Sequence record: NC_061445.1
Direction: 5' to 3' (one strand)
DNA length: 64,000 bases
Part shown: piece by piece, positions 9,795-18,456 of the stretch
How positions within the stretch are numbered: the first letter of the stretch is position 1
How the letters are laid out: each line of letters begins with the position of its first letter
Notes under the pieces: generated by a model
Told to the model about the DNA's origin: nothing
Seen by the model: the letters and a program-made list of their open reading frames with translations, nothing else
Database searches by the model: none
Translations under genes and position numbers: made by a program

Positions 9795-10380
9795 AGCGCA
9801 CAAGCAAGCGCGTAGCGGCAAGCTGGCGAAAGCTGTGAAGACAATGAGCGCTGCCTCTGCTAAATCGCGGCGCATGACGAAAGGTGAGAAGCGAGCAATT
9901 CAGTTGCAGCCGTTCAAACCTCAAGTTGTGCCTCAGCCGCCAAAAACTCCTCTGATGGAAAAGGGATTGTCGCTCACTGCGCTGATGCGCTCGACTCCCC
10001 GCCTGATGAAAGAGAACGCGATGGAATGTTACGTTAACGGTGTGAAACGCGGTAAGACTAACAAAGGTCTGCCGATGATCATGGCTAACGTGCGACACAA
10101 AGATCCACTGCGCCCTAATAAAACAGTGCGCATTCACAAGCCGATGATTATCGGTCTGGATGACCCGTTCAAGCCTATTTCAAAACAAAAGCGTGTACTG
10201 GTCAGTTGTCCATGTGAGAACTATGTTTTCATGTGGGAATATGCGAACGCCGAACACGGCTGTGCGCGAATCATTTATGGCAACGGCGAGCCACCAGACT
10301 TCACTAACCCGGGACATGCGCCTGGACTGTGTAAGCATCTTATGGCCTTAGCCGATCAAGTCAAACGTAACGGAGATTAA
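9724..10380 (+). CDS. SWIM-type zinc-finger protein with basic N-terminus
   Basis: VSCPCENY...NP...LCKHL (CxC...CxH). Confidence 0.7.
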   Translation: MAYKSLAKKPKKSKAAKEADIRNKAHKQARSGKLAKAVKTMSAASAKSRRMTKGEKRAIQLQPFKPQVVPQPPKTPLMEKGLSLTALMRSTPRLMKENAMECYVNGVKRGKTNKGLPMIMANVRHKDPLRPNKTVRIHKPMIIGLDDPFKPISKQKRVLVSCPCENYVFMWEYANAEHGCARIIYGNGEPPDFTNPGHAPGLCKHLMALADQVKRNGD

Positions 10381-10385
10381 TCTCG

Positions 10386-10667
10386 ATGTTCTTTAACAAC
10401 CCAGCTCCAGGTGTTATTCCGAACTATCCAATTGTGCATTCGATTAATGAGATGCACCGTCGTGTGGCAGAACTCAATGGTGAGCTTATCGCTGCCGGTT
10501 GCACTGTCGTAGAGAACTACGGCGAGATGCTGATCGAAGTACCTGCCGGTGCGTCTGCTGCTGTAGACGAAATCATGCAGCGTCACATCGACATGTTCGC
10601 AGGTCCTATCATTAGCGCACCAGCACGTTTGCAAATCGGAGGTGAAGATGCAGAAGCAGAAGTTTAA
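10386..10667 (+). CDS. Hypothetical protein
   Basis: ORF in gene-dense + strand array. Confidence 0.6.
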   Translation: MFFNNPAPGVIPNYPIVHSINEMHRRVAELNGELIAAGCTVVENYGEMLIEVPAGASAAVDEIMQRHIDMFAGPIISAPARLQIGGEDAEAEV

Positions 10668-11082
10668 TCCGAGCGAACCGTACTCTGTGTCGCTGCACTT
10701 TGGTCCGCACATCGTTCACGGTCACGCACAAGAAAGTGCGTTTGGTCAGGTGATGCAGAACATGCTGCTGCGTGAAATCAACAAATCATGCGAAGCGATG
10801 TTCAAGACTATGGCTGATGTTCCTGTCGCCGCTTCTCCGACGTTCGATTGCGCAGAAGTAGAAGCCAGCAACATCCTCGCTGCTGTTCAGCGTTGGCATG
10901 AAGTCATTGCCAATGAGCCACCAGCGAAAGAGTTCGAACCGTGTTCGGTGCCTGACTGGATGCGCCCGGGTCTTCGTGCTAAAGGCCTGACCGATGAACA
11001 GATTGATAAGATCATTATCACTGGCATCGAACCGTCGTTTGAAGATCGTCCTGGCCTTGTGCTGAGAACGGTATCTTCGTAA
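10642..11082 (+). CDS. Hypothetical protein
   Basis: ORF with GGAGG RBS. Confidence 0.6.
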   Translation: MKMQKQKFNPSEPYSVSLHFGPHIVHGHAQESAFGQVMQNMLLREINKSCEAMFKTMADVPVAASPTFDCAEVEASNILAAVQRWHEVIANEPPAKEFEPCSVPDWMRPGLRAKGLTDEQIDKIIITGIEPSFEDRPGLVLRTVSS

Positions 11083-11303
11083 TGGGCTGTCGTGGCTGTG
11101 GTCGTCGTAGCACTCGCATTAGCTACAACGCAAGCTCTGCTCCTCAAAACGAAATCGACGTTGAAGAGGACAATACGTTAAGCGCTGCGCGTTTGACACC
11201 TATGGGCTGGGTGCGCACCTGCGTTAAATGTGGGAAAGTATCTGACCCTTCTCCTTTTGCAGAACACATCAATAGTCCGTGTGACTGCACATTAGACGAG
11301 TGA
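11082..11303 (+). CDS. Small Cys-rich protein (CRGC, CVKC, CDC)
   Basis: 73 aa, coupled start/stop. Confidence 0.6.
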   Translation: MGCRGCGRRSTRISYNASSAPQNEIDVEEDNTLSAARLTPMGWVRTCVKCGKVSDPSPFAEHINSPCDCTLDE

Positions 11304-12037
11304 TCATGATGAACAATCTCGTTGCAACAATGGCTGCCTTAGATTCTTGTCGCTTCTATGCGGAGAACATGGTAGCCGTACAATTCGGCAGTTCGCTCCA
11401 CCATGTTCCGCCTGAACCACCTTTCAATCGGCCAATCAATTCTCGTGTGCTGCATTCGCAAATTGCGCTCATTGAGAAGTCGTTCGACAACGCGATCAGC
11501 CGAACTGATTTGGAATTTCCTATTCAGGGTATTCTGTATCGCTTCCGTTCTATTTTCGGTCGTTACGTCAATCAGCATCTTGATGACCCGTACGGACCTT
11601 CAGGTAAACGTGTCAACGCAGAGCGTCCGGATTTGCTTGTCGCACCTCCTGCTCTTGTTCAGGGTGAAAACGAATCGGATCAGGAGTATTCGCATCGTTT
11701 CATTGCGTACACTGCTGACCAAGTGCGCAGCTTTATCTGGATGGTTAGTCTCGACCCGTATGCGCGTGAACAAACAGACTGCTTCTTACCGGTAGCTCCC
11801 TGGCCGTTCAGACTGCCTGAGAAAGATACAGCGTCGGCATTCCTGCTGGTGCATAGCGACATTCTGAACTCGTTAATGATGGCGATGCTGGACACATATA
11901 GCAATCATCTCGACCTTCATGAGTCTTTGCGTGAGTACGGTACACGTATCATATTTCCTCTGGTGGCAATGTGCCGTGATGTGATATACACAGCATGGAC
12001 TGTCCCTAACTTCAAAGGACAAAAATCAAATGTCTGA
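11300..12037 (+). CDS. Hypothetical protein
   Basis: 245-aa ORF. Confidence 0.65.
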   Translation: MIMMNNLVATMAALDSCRFYAENMVAVQFGSSLHHVPPEPPFNRPINSRVLHSQIALIEKSFDNAISRTDLEFPIQGILYRFRSIFGRYVNQHLDDPYGPSGKRVNAERPDLLVAPPALVQGENESDQEYSHRFIAYTADQVRSFIWMVSLDPYAREQTDCFLPVAPWPFRLPEKDTASAFLLVHSDILNSLMMAMLDTYSNHLDLHESLREYGTRIIFPLVAMCRDVIYTAWTVPNFKGQKSNV

Positions 12038-12563
12038 TGTTATTCTGTTTGACAAGCAAAACGAGTGGGAAGACTTCGGTAGCGCTGTCTACGAAGAATT
12101 TCGCCTGAACGTAATGACTGGTAGTAGCAGTGCTAGTCAGATTCCTACAGTCGCGCCGTTCGAAGACGTGAAGCACCAACTCAGCTACTCGAACATCCTG
12201 CCAGAAGGTGAGCAATCGCCTATCGTTGTGCTTGATATTCTGGTGATGGAAGTTGAGCTGGCGGAAGGTGAATCCCGCAACTACGATGCTGATAGTCTGG
12301 ACGCAGCGGTGCGTAAAGTCGTTGCCTTGTATCAGGCTCGCGCTCGTGATCTCGACTGCCACCTGACAGGCAACTTCATCACAGCAGACCACAAGGTCAA
12401 CGGTGCTCTGTTGCGTATCTATCGCAATCAGGACTTCGTGTGCAAAGGTCATCCTGAACTGCTGCATGGTAAACCTATGGGCATGTTCCACTGCGACAAA
12501 TGCGGTGAGATGCAAATGGCTGGCGCATTCCACTTGCCAAAAGAGGAAACTCAACATGGTTAA
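12030..12563 (+). CDS. Hypothetical protein with C-terminal zinc ribbon (FHCDKCG)
   Basis: 177-aa ORF. Confidence 0.65.
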   Translation: MSDVILFDKQNEWEDFGSAVYEEFRLNVMTGSSSASQIPTVAPFEDVKHQLSYSNILPEGEQSPIVVLDILVMEVELAEGESRNYDADSLDAAVRKVVALYQARARDLDCHLTGNFITADHKVNGALLRIYRNQDFVCKGHPELLHGKPMGMFHCDKCGEMQMAGAFHLPKEETQHG

Positions 12564-13023
12564 AGGCGGGCTGTGGCGTGTCTTCCCTGACTATGACTCG
12601 GAAGCTATGCTGATGAAGCTCGGTGCTGCGATTGGCATTGAGCACGACGACGATGAAGGTCCCGGCGAACTGCACGTTACTCTGGCGTATGACGAATCGA
12701 ACCCTGACGTCAAAGCAGAGCAAAACGATGCTGGCGAGTTCTATGCTACTGTCAAAGGCGCTGAACTATTCGGCGAAGGTCAAGATAAGATTCTGGTACT
12801 CGTACTCGAATCGCCTGACCTGATTGCAGAGCATGAACGCATTCACGCATGTGGTGCAGCCAAGTTCTCGTTCAAGCCGTATCGTCCGCACGTTACGCTG
12901 TTGAAGCAAGCGAAAGACAGTCAGGCTGAACACCTCAATCAGATCATTCAGCATCCTGGCCGCCCTCCAATCACACTGCGCTTCATCGAAGAAGATCGCA
13001 AGGTGCTGGAGAAGCGTAGCTAA
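12556..13023 (+). CDS. acb1: Acb1-like 2H phosphoesterase (T4 57B family, anti-CBASS candidate)
   Basis: Two HxT motifs (ELHVTLAYD, YRPHVTLL); ILVLVLESPDL..EH....CGA....PY.PHVTL matches T4 Acb1 as recalled; ATG 12556 after GAGG. Confidence 0.75.
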   Translation: MVKGGLWRVFPDYDSEAMLMKLGAAIGIEHDDDEGPGELHVTLAYDESNPDVKAEQNDAGEFYATVKGAELFGEGQDKILVLVLESPDLIAEHERIHACGAAKFSFKPYRPHVTLLKQAKDSQAEHLNQIIQHPGRPPITLRFIEEDRKVLEKRS

Positions 13024-13074
13024 ATCCTAGCGGTGGCCCTGTGCTGCCGCTTTTGTCGTTCTGGAGAAAATCCG

Positions 13075-13404
13075 ATGGAAATGTTAGTTAGTCTCTCGCA
13101 CGAAATCCGTGTCGATGGTCAAGATAGTGCTGATGCCAAAGCTATTGCGCTCGCACCTACTGACGGTGAACAACGTGCGCTTGAACTGCAAGAGCAACAA
13201 CGCATTGCAGAAGAATATGGCGTAGACACACCCAAAGAGGAAATCGCCGAGAAAGAAGAAGATCGCAAAAAGCGCGAAGAAGAAGAGGCTAATGACAAGC
13301 GCACTAAGCCACCAGCAGATTTAGGTCAGCGCAAGCCTATCGACGATAAAGACCTTACAGCAACCGATATCCAAAATCAGCATGATAACCTGACAAAGAT
13401 CTAG
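13075..13404 (+). CDS. Charged low-complexity protein, N-terminus MEMLVSLS
   Basis: ATG 13075 after GGAG. Confidence 0.65.
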   Translation: MEMLVSLSHEIRVDGQDSADAKAIALAPTDGEQRALELQEQQRIAEEYGVDTPKEEIAEKEEDRKKREEEEANDKRTKPPADLGQRKPIDDKDLTATDIQNQHDNLTKI

Positions 13405-13408
13405 GAAA

Positions 13409-13417
13409 CTGTAAATA
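13409..13417 (+). promoter_or_regulatory. CTGTAAATA candidate phage-sigma promoter
   Basis: About 33 nt upstream of the sigma gene ATG 13450. Confidence 0.5.
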
Positions 13418-13449
13418 AGAGTCAAAGCAACTAACAGGTGTATTTGACC

Positions 13450-14487
13450 ATGAACAATAAGTCGAATCTCACAGGCGGTCAGATAGAAAGCGTCATGGAC
13501 ACAATGCTTCATGACTGCCTCCGTGAGATTGTTGAGAACACGGACATATTCGACGTTCAACTGACCTACCTGTTGAACATGATTACGTCGAATAAAAAGC
13601 GTAAGCCATACAACGCCGAGACTCGTGAACGTGCTATCAGCCTTTTGATTAAAGCGCTGTCTGTACCGCGTGATCAGAAGATGGTTTATATTCAGGAACT
13701 TAAAATGGAGCGTAACTTCATTTATGTCTTCCTGGAAAATGTAATTAAACGGTACTACGCGGCTTATGTCGATCTCTATCGTGTATTCATTTCTACGCAA
13801 GACTCAATCAAGCGTGAAGCGTACTCGAAGCGACTGGACGTGTTTGTCAGAATGTTTGGTGCTGAGTCACGCTCCAAGCTGTTTGTCGCGTTGTGCCGTC
13901 TGAACGATCTTCTGCCGCAGTTCATGGAGTACTTCCACTCGGTGGTGGCTGACTTCTATAGACTATGCAGCAAGCAAACAAAATTTTACGTTGATACCAA
14001 CCGAGGCAAGCTGTACGACTCGAAGGACGTGCGCCAGAACTTCTTGCGTAACGTCATTGTTGCGATCAACAAGTATGACTCATCGCGTGGTGCGATTGTG
14101 AGTTATACGAAGTGGTGGATCTTGAACGCCCAGACCTGTAGTAGTAGCGAGCATGAATACGGCATCGCGTACACTATTCCCCAGACTCAACGTAAGAAAC
14201 TGGCTACAGGCGAAGACACTACTTCTCTGAATTTCTCGGTAAGTCTCGATACACCTGCCAACGAATCTGATGAAGGTGCGGACGCGTCCCTACATCAAAA
14301 AGTGAGTGACCATCATCACTTAGAAGATCACGTTGATAGCGAGAGGCGTACTGAAAAACTGAGACTGCTTATTAAGCGCGTAGACCCACTCGGCGTTGCT
14401 CGTCTAACGATGGACGTTGGGGAAGAGTTTGACAAGTTCGAACTCGATCTTATGCGTAGACACATGCAGGCTCAAAGGCTAGCCTAA
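13450..14487 (+). CDS. Phage-encoded sigma70-family RNA polymerase sigma factor
   Basis: DVRQNFLRNVIVAINKYDSSRGAIVSYTKWWI resembles sigma region 2 (AIEKFDP.RG..FSTYA.WWI). Confidence 0.75.
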   Translation: MNNKSNLTGGQIESVMDTMLHDCLREIVENTDIFDVQLTYLLNMITSNKKRKPYNAETRERAISLLIKALSVPRDQKMVYIQELKMERNFIYVFLENVIKRYYAAYVDLYRVFISTQDSIKREAYSKRLDVFVRMFGAESRSKLFVALCRLNDLLPQFMEYFHSVVADFYRLCSKQTKFYVDTNRGKLYDSKDVRQNFLRNVIVAINKYDSSRGAIVSYTKWWILNAQTCSSSEHEYGIAYTIPQTQRKKLATGEDTTSLNFSVSLDTPANESDEGADASLHQKVSDHHHLEDHVDSERRTEKLRLLIKRVDPLGVARLTMDVGEEFDKFELDLMRRHMQAQRLA

Positions 14488-14489
14488 AA

Positions 14490-14498
14490 CTGTAAACA
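14490..14498 (+). promoter_or_regulatory. CTGTAAACA candidate phage-sigma promoter
   Basis: About 38 nt upstream of the SSB ATG. Confidence 0.45.
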
Positions 14499-14535
14499 TT
14501 GCTCACAAGGCAAAACTCAATATTGAGGAATAACA

Positions 14536-15816
14536 ATGGCACGTGGATTTGGTGACATTCAAGATAACAGCAAACGCGATAGTTTGCGCGAGTCGGAAAT
14601 CTTTGAAATCTTCCCTCTTTCGAAGAAAGCAAACGGCAACTGGGTATCAATCCGTCTGCTGAATCTTGACCTGCTTCCAATTAAGAAGCACTGGATCAAG
14701 ATCATGGGCGGCAAGGATAAAGATAAAGAAATCAAAATCCCGCGCATGTGCGTTAGCTTCGACCCGGACAATCAGAACAAACCTCTGAACGGTATGAAGT
14801 GTCCGTACTGTGGCATCGCTCACGGTAACGACGAATCTGGTGCGCCAGCGCAGTATGACTATAAGTGGTATGCGCAAGCGATCATCCGTGACGAGCAAGC
14901 TGCTGCGCCGCGTAAAATGCCTAAGCTCACTAAACAAGAGCAGAAAACCGGCAAGAAAGAAATGGGCAGTGAGTCTTGGACTCCTGTTATGTGTATTCCG
15001 CTGTCGAACTCTCTGGCTGGCAAAATCCGCGAACTCGGTGAACGTAACATTCACACGGTCAAAGATAAGAAGTCCGGCAAGAAGTCGAAGCAGGCGTTCC
15101 AGGTCAATCACGATAAGTACGGTTGTGATATCGAAATCAAATACAACCCGAAAAAATCACCGGCAGAGCGCTACACTATTGAGCGTGGCGATCACACGCC
15201 TCTGACCGAAGAAGAAAAAGGTTATCTGACCTGGGACTTCGACAACTGGAACGAAATCTACGACATGCTCGGTCGTCTGAACGAAGAAGCTGCTATGGCT
15301 GACTTCAAGAAGATGGACGTTATCGGCGTTAACACCAACGATGATGATGGTGATGACGATGAAGACGATGACGACGACATGGCGCTTGGCCGCAAGAAGA
15401 AAGGCGGCAAGGCAGACAAGAAAAAACGTCGCAGCGATGATGACGACGACGATGAGGACGAAGATGACGACGATGACGACGATGAAGATGATCGTCCGTC
15501 TAAGAAGTCCAAGAAGTCGAAACCAACCAAGTCTCGTAAGATGTTAGACGATGACGAGGATGATGACGACGACGATGAAGACGATGAAGATGATCGTCCG
15601 TCGAAGAAAAAGAAATCTTTGAAGGACAAAAAGTCCTCGAAGAAATCGTCTAAGAAGTCTAAGTCCTCAGATGACGATGACGACGAAGACGATGATGCAC
15701 CTAAGAAGAAGAAAAAGAAATCTTCTGACAAGGTGAAATCGTCTGATAAGAAGAAAAAGAAAAAGTCTTCTGACGACGATGATGATAAGCCGAAGAAAAA
15801 GAAAAAGAAAAAGTAA
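14536..15816 (+). CDS. gp32-like single-stranded DNA-binding protein with long Asp/Lys block tail
   Basis: Position before recA, IRLL...KHW...CPYC core, low-complexity C-terminus. Confidence 0.65.
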   Translation: MARGFGDIQDNSKRDSLRESEIFEIFPLSKKANGNWVSIRLLNLDLLPIKKHWIKIMGGKDKDKEIKIPRMCVSFDPDNQNKPLNGMKCPYCGIAHGNDESGAPAQYDYKWYAQAIIRDEQAAAPRKMPKLTKQEQKTGKKEMGSESWTPVMCIPLSNSLAGKIRELGERNIHTVKDKKSGKKSKQAFQVNHDKYGCDIEIKYNPKKSPAERYTIERGDHTPLTEEEKGYLTWDFDNWNEIYDMLGRLNEEAAMADFKKMDVIGVNTNDDDGDDDEDDDDDMALGRKKKGGKADKKKRRSDDDDDDEDEDDDDDDDEDDRPSKKSKKSKPTKSRKMLDDDEDDDDDDEDDEDDRPSKKKKSLKDKKSSKKSSKKSKSSDDDDDEDDDAPKKKKKKSSDKVKSSDKKKKKKSSDDDDDKPKKKKKKK

Positions 15817-15826
15817 TTCGCAACAC

Positions 15827-15853
15827 GGGGTAGCTTAGGCTGCCCCTTCTTTT
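15827..15853 (+). terminator. Intrinsic terminator
   Basis: GGGGTAGC-TTAG-GCTGCCCC followed by TTCTTTT. Confidence 0.75.
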
Positions 15854-15874
15854 CTCAATCTGGACTATCCCACA

Positions 15875-18406
15875 ATGGCGAAAACGAACAACAAGGCCGA
15901 GAAAAAGGCAGAGAAGAAAGCTAAAGTCAAAGCCAAGAAAAGTGGCGCATCGGCTGTAGCTTCTGACGATATCGGCGGCGTAGAGGTCATGGGCTTTGAC
16001 CTTGCGAGTTTGATGGACGATGTGCTTGACGGCATCGAAAAGAAAACGAAAGTAAGCTCTCAGGATGCAGCACGTCACGCACCTCGTATTTCTACTGGTT
16101 GCCTTGCGCTTGACATGTACCTGTCTGGTGGTATTGTACCGGGCGGTTGGTATACGTTCAGCGGCGGTGAGCAGTCGTGCAAGTCAACAATGACCATGAG
16201 TATCATGGCGAGCCTGATTCGTCTGCATTACTCTGGCATTAGTGTAGTGTTCGACTACGAAGGTTCAACCGATGCAGAGTACGTTGCTGGTCAGTTGAAG
16301 ACGTTCGGCGTTAAAGTTGATCCGAAGACAATCTTCGGTGTGCGTGACGACGAAGACGGTAGTTGGATCGTTAAGCCTAAGATCCGTTACTATGCACCAG
16401 ACAACGGTGAGCGCTTCTTCGATTATATGTCGATGCTGCGTCGTCGTCTGCCTGACAAGATCGTTGAGAAAGACGGCTCTGCGTACTACATCTTTGAGAA
16501 CAACAAAGAGAACGCGAAGAAGCTGGCTGGCAAGTACGACAAGAAATGGTTCAGTCGTAACAACCAGTTCAAAGTCGCTGCGCCTGACGGTCACATGCAA
16601 GCGATGGTTATCGTTGACTCTTATCCGGCAATGCTGCCTGATCAGGTCGATGATGATGACGGTTCGAAAGCAATGGCGCTGCAAGCGCGTATGTTCTCTG
16701 ACGGCATCAAACGTTTCCGTGGCGGTATGCGTCGTAAGATGATGACCATCGTTGGCGTTAACCAGTTGCGTCAGAAACCTGCTGTAATGTTCGGCAGCCC
16801 TGAGTATGAGCCCGGTGGCGATGCGTTGAAGTTCTACTGCTTCGACCGTGATACTCAGATTCGTACTAATCACGGTGTGCTGACTGCACCTCAGATCAAA
16901 GAGCTGTTGGACAACGGCACTGAGGTGAGCGTTGAGTCGTTCGATGGCTACCAGAAGATCAATGGTGCGTGGAAAGTTGAAGACGCTCCGTTCCCAATCG
17001 AACTGAACGCTGGTGGACACGCATACGTTGGTAGCGCTGAACACCGCCAGTTTACTTTCATGTTCGACACAACTGCTGATGGTATGGCCGTGCTGCGTCC
17101 TGAGTGGAATACGCTCAACCAGCTTGCTCAGTACCCAGAGCAGAAAGGTCAGTATGCAGCACTGCGCGTACCGCCTGTGAAAGAACTGAAAGAGAACGTG
17201 CCTGATGCGTTTGATGAAGCAAGCCAGCTCGTTAGTAACCTGCTTGGTAATGCTGACTTCGAAAGCGTACAACTGCCTCTGGCATCTTTCGGTGATACCA
17301 CGTTCGCAGCGAACGTACTGACCACCAATATGATTGGCGATCAGGACGATGTTCACACGTTCTCTTTGTGGGCACGTCACCTGCTGTCTATCGGTATCTA
17401 CGCGTATGCTGACGAAAGCGGTCTGCACATTCCGGGTCTGAACAAACATGAACTGGAAGCGGCTGTAGCGCAAGACGAACTCGGTGCGTTTGCTGGTATC
17501 AGCTTCGAAGCCACCAGCCGTCAACGTCAAACGCAGATGCTGTCTGTTATCGCTGACGTGTTCCCTGAACTGACTCGCTACGTTCTGGACTATCAGTTGC
17601 AGACCGGTCAGGATAAAATCTATCTGGGCCCAGAGCAAGACTTTGCTCAGGCACTCGATCTGATTCTGCACAAACAGATTGAAGGTTACGATGACCTGTA
17701 CGATCTGCTGATGCAGCAACTGGCCTACGTTGAAGACTGGTACAACTTCGACAACTCAATCGTTCCTGTTCCGTTCACGCTGAAAGCTATCGTGAATCCG
17801 ACTGAGTTCTGGGATGTGAACGTTGCCGAAACGTCTGTTGTGATCACTAACGGCTTCGTCAGTCACAACTCTGATGTGCGTGTGCGTCTGGCCTCTCGTG
17901 CTGTTCCTGAAGGTTGGCCGAAACTCAAAGACGCTCCAGGCATCGTTGGTGAGAAGTCTGTTACTGTCGAAGGCGGCACTGACCGCTATCGTTTCATTGC
18001 TGCTAAGACCATCAAGAACAAGATGGGTGGCATCCCTAACCAGAGCACTTGGCTGCGCTTGTGGGAAGCTGACGGCAACGGTGAAGCGCGCGGCTTTGAC
18101 CCAGTGTTTGATACGTGGCACTATCTGAAAACTCTCGGCCTGATTAACGGTACTCGTAAGAGCTTCAAGATCAAAGCGCCTTGCCCGCTCGCATCTGATG
18201 TTAAGATGGACTGGGATGACTTCCGTACTCTCATCAACGGCAGCAAGACTCAGGTTGTCGATGTGTGTAAGAAACTGAAAGTCAAACCTGCTGGCTTGCG
18301 TCTGTGGTGCTTCAAGTTCGTGCAGTCCACCAAGGGCAACGAGATGTTGAAGAACGCTATCAGTAAGTCGGCGAAGTCTTCTAACGACGATGACGACGAC
18401 GAGTAA
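15875..18406 (+). CDS. recA: RecA/UvsX recombinase precursor containing an intein
   Basis: ISTG.LALD, Walker A-like GGEQSCKST, VIVDSY, QARMFS, GVNQLR..P.VMFG.PE..PGG.ALKFY; 843 aa minus 344-aa intein leaves 499 aa. Confidence 0.9.
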   Translation: MAKTNNKAEKKAEKKAKVKAKKSGASAVASDDIGGVEVMGFDLASLMDDVLDGIEKKTKVSSQDAARHAPRISTGCLALDMYLSGGIVPGGWYTFSGGEQSCKSTMTMSIMASLIRLHYSGISVVFDYEGSTDAEYVAGQLKTFGVKVDPKTIFGVRDDEDGSWIVKPKIRYYAPDNGERFFDYMSMLRRRLPDKIVEKDGSAYYIFENNKENAKKLAGKYDKKWFSRNNQFKVAAPDGHMQAMVIVDSYPAMLPDQVDDDDGSKAMALQARMFSDGIKRFRGGMRRKMMTIVGVNQLRQKPAVMFGSPEYEPGGDALKFYCFDRDTQIRTNHGVLTAPQIKELLDNGTEVSVESFDGYQKINGAWKVEDAPFPIELNAGGHAYVGSAEHRQFTFMFDTTADGMAVLRPEWNTLNQLAQYPEQKGQYAALRVPPVKELKENVPDAFDEASQLVSNLLGNADFESVQLPLASFGDTTFAANVLTTNMIGDQDDVHTFSLWARHLLSIGIYAYADESGLHIPGLNKHELEAAVAQDELGAFAGISFEATSRQRQTQMLSVIADVFPELTRYVLDYQLQTGQDKIYLGPEQDFAQALDLILHKQIEGYDDLYDLLMQQLAYVEDWYNFDNSIVPVPFTLKAIVNPTEFWDVNVAETSVVITNGFVSHNSDVRVRLASRAVPEGWPKLKDAPGIVGEKSVTVEGGTDRYRFIAAKTIKNKMGGIPNQSTWLRLWEADGNGEARGFDPVFDTWHYLKTLGLINGTRKSFKIKAPCPLASDVKMDWDDFRTLINGSKTQVVDVCKKLKVKPAGLRLWCFKFVQSTKGNEMLKNAISKSAKSSNDDDDDE
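16838..17869 (+). mobile_element. Intein in RecA (Cys322-Asn665, 344 aa)
   Basis: Block A CFDRDTQIRTNHG, block B SAEH, blocks F/G FWDVNVAETSVVITNGFVSHN, Ser as +1 residue. Confidence 0.9.
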
Positions 18407-18413
18407 CACACGC

Positions 18414-18440
18414 GGGAGGGCTTCGGCTCTCCCATCTTTT
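18414..18440 (+). terminator. Intrinsic terminator
   Basis: GGGAGGGC-TTCG-GCTCTCCC then ATCTTTT. Confidence 0.75.
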
Positions 18441-18456
18441 GTTTGAGGAGAATGTA

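Noticed and set aside
12403-12555. Upstream extensions of many track ORFs (e.g. 12403, 1930, 9030, 25499, 35165, 39888, 49188)
   Set aside because: They overlap upstream genes and lack an RBS; downstream ATG/GTG codons with SD sequences were used instead.
15337-15813. Microsatellite or assembly artefact (GAC/GAT/AAG runs)
   Set aside because: Codons vary within runs and the frame stays open to a stop followed by a terminator; this is a protein-level low-complexity tail.
16265-17719. 484-aa - strand ORF within recA/intein (could have been a hidden endonuclease)
   Set aside because: No HNH, GIY-YIG or LAGLIDADG motifs; consistent with a codon-bias shadow frame.
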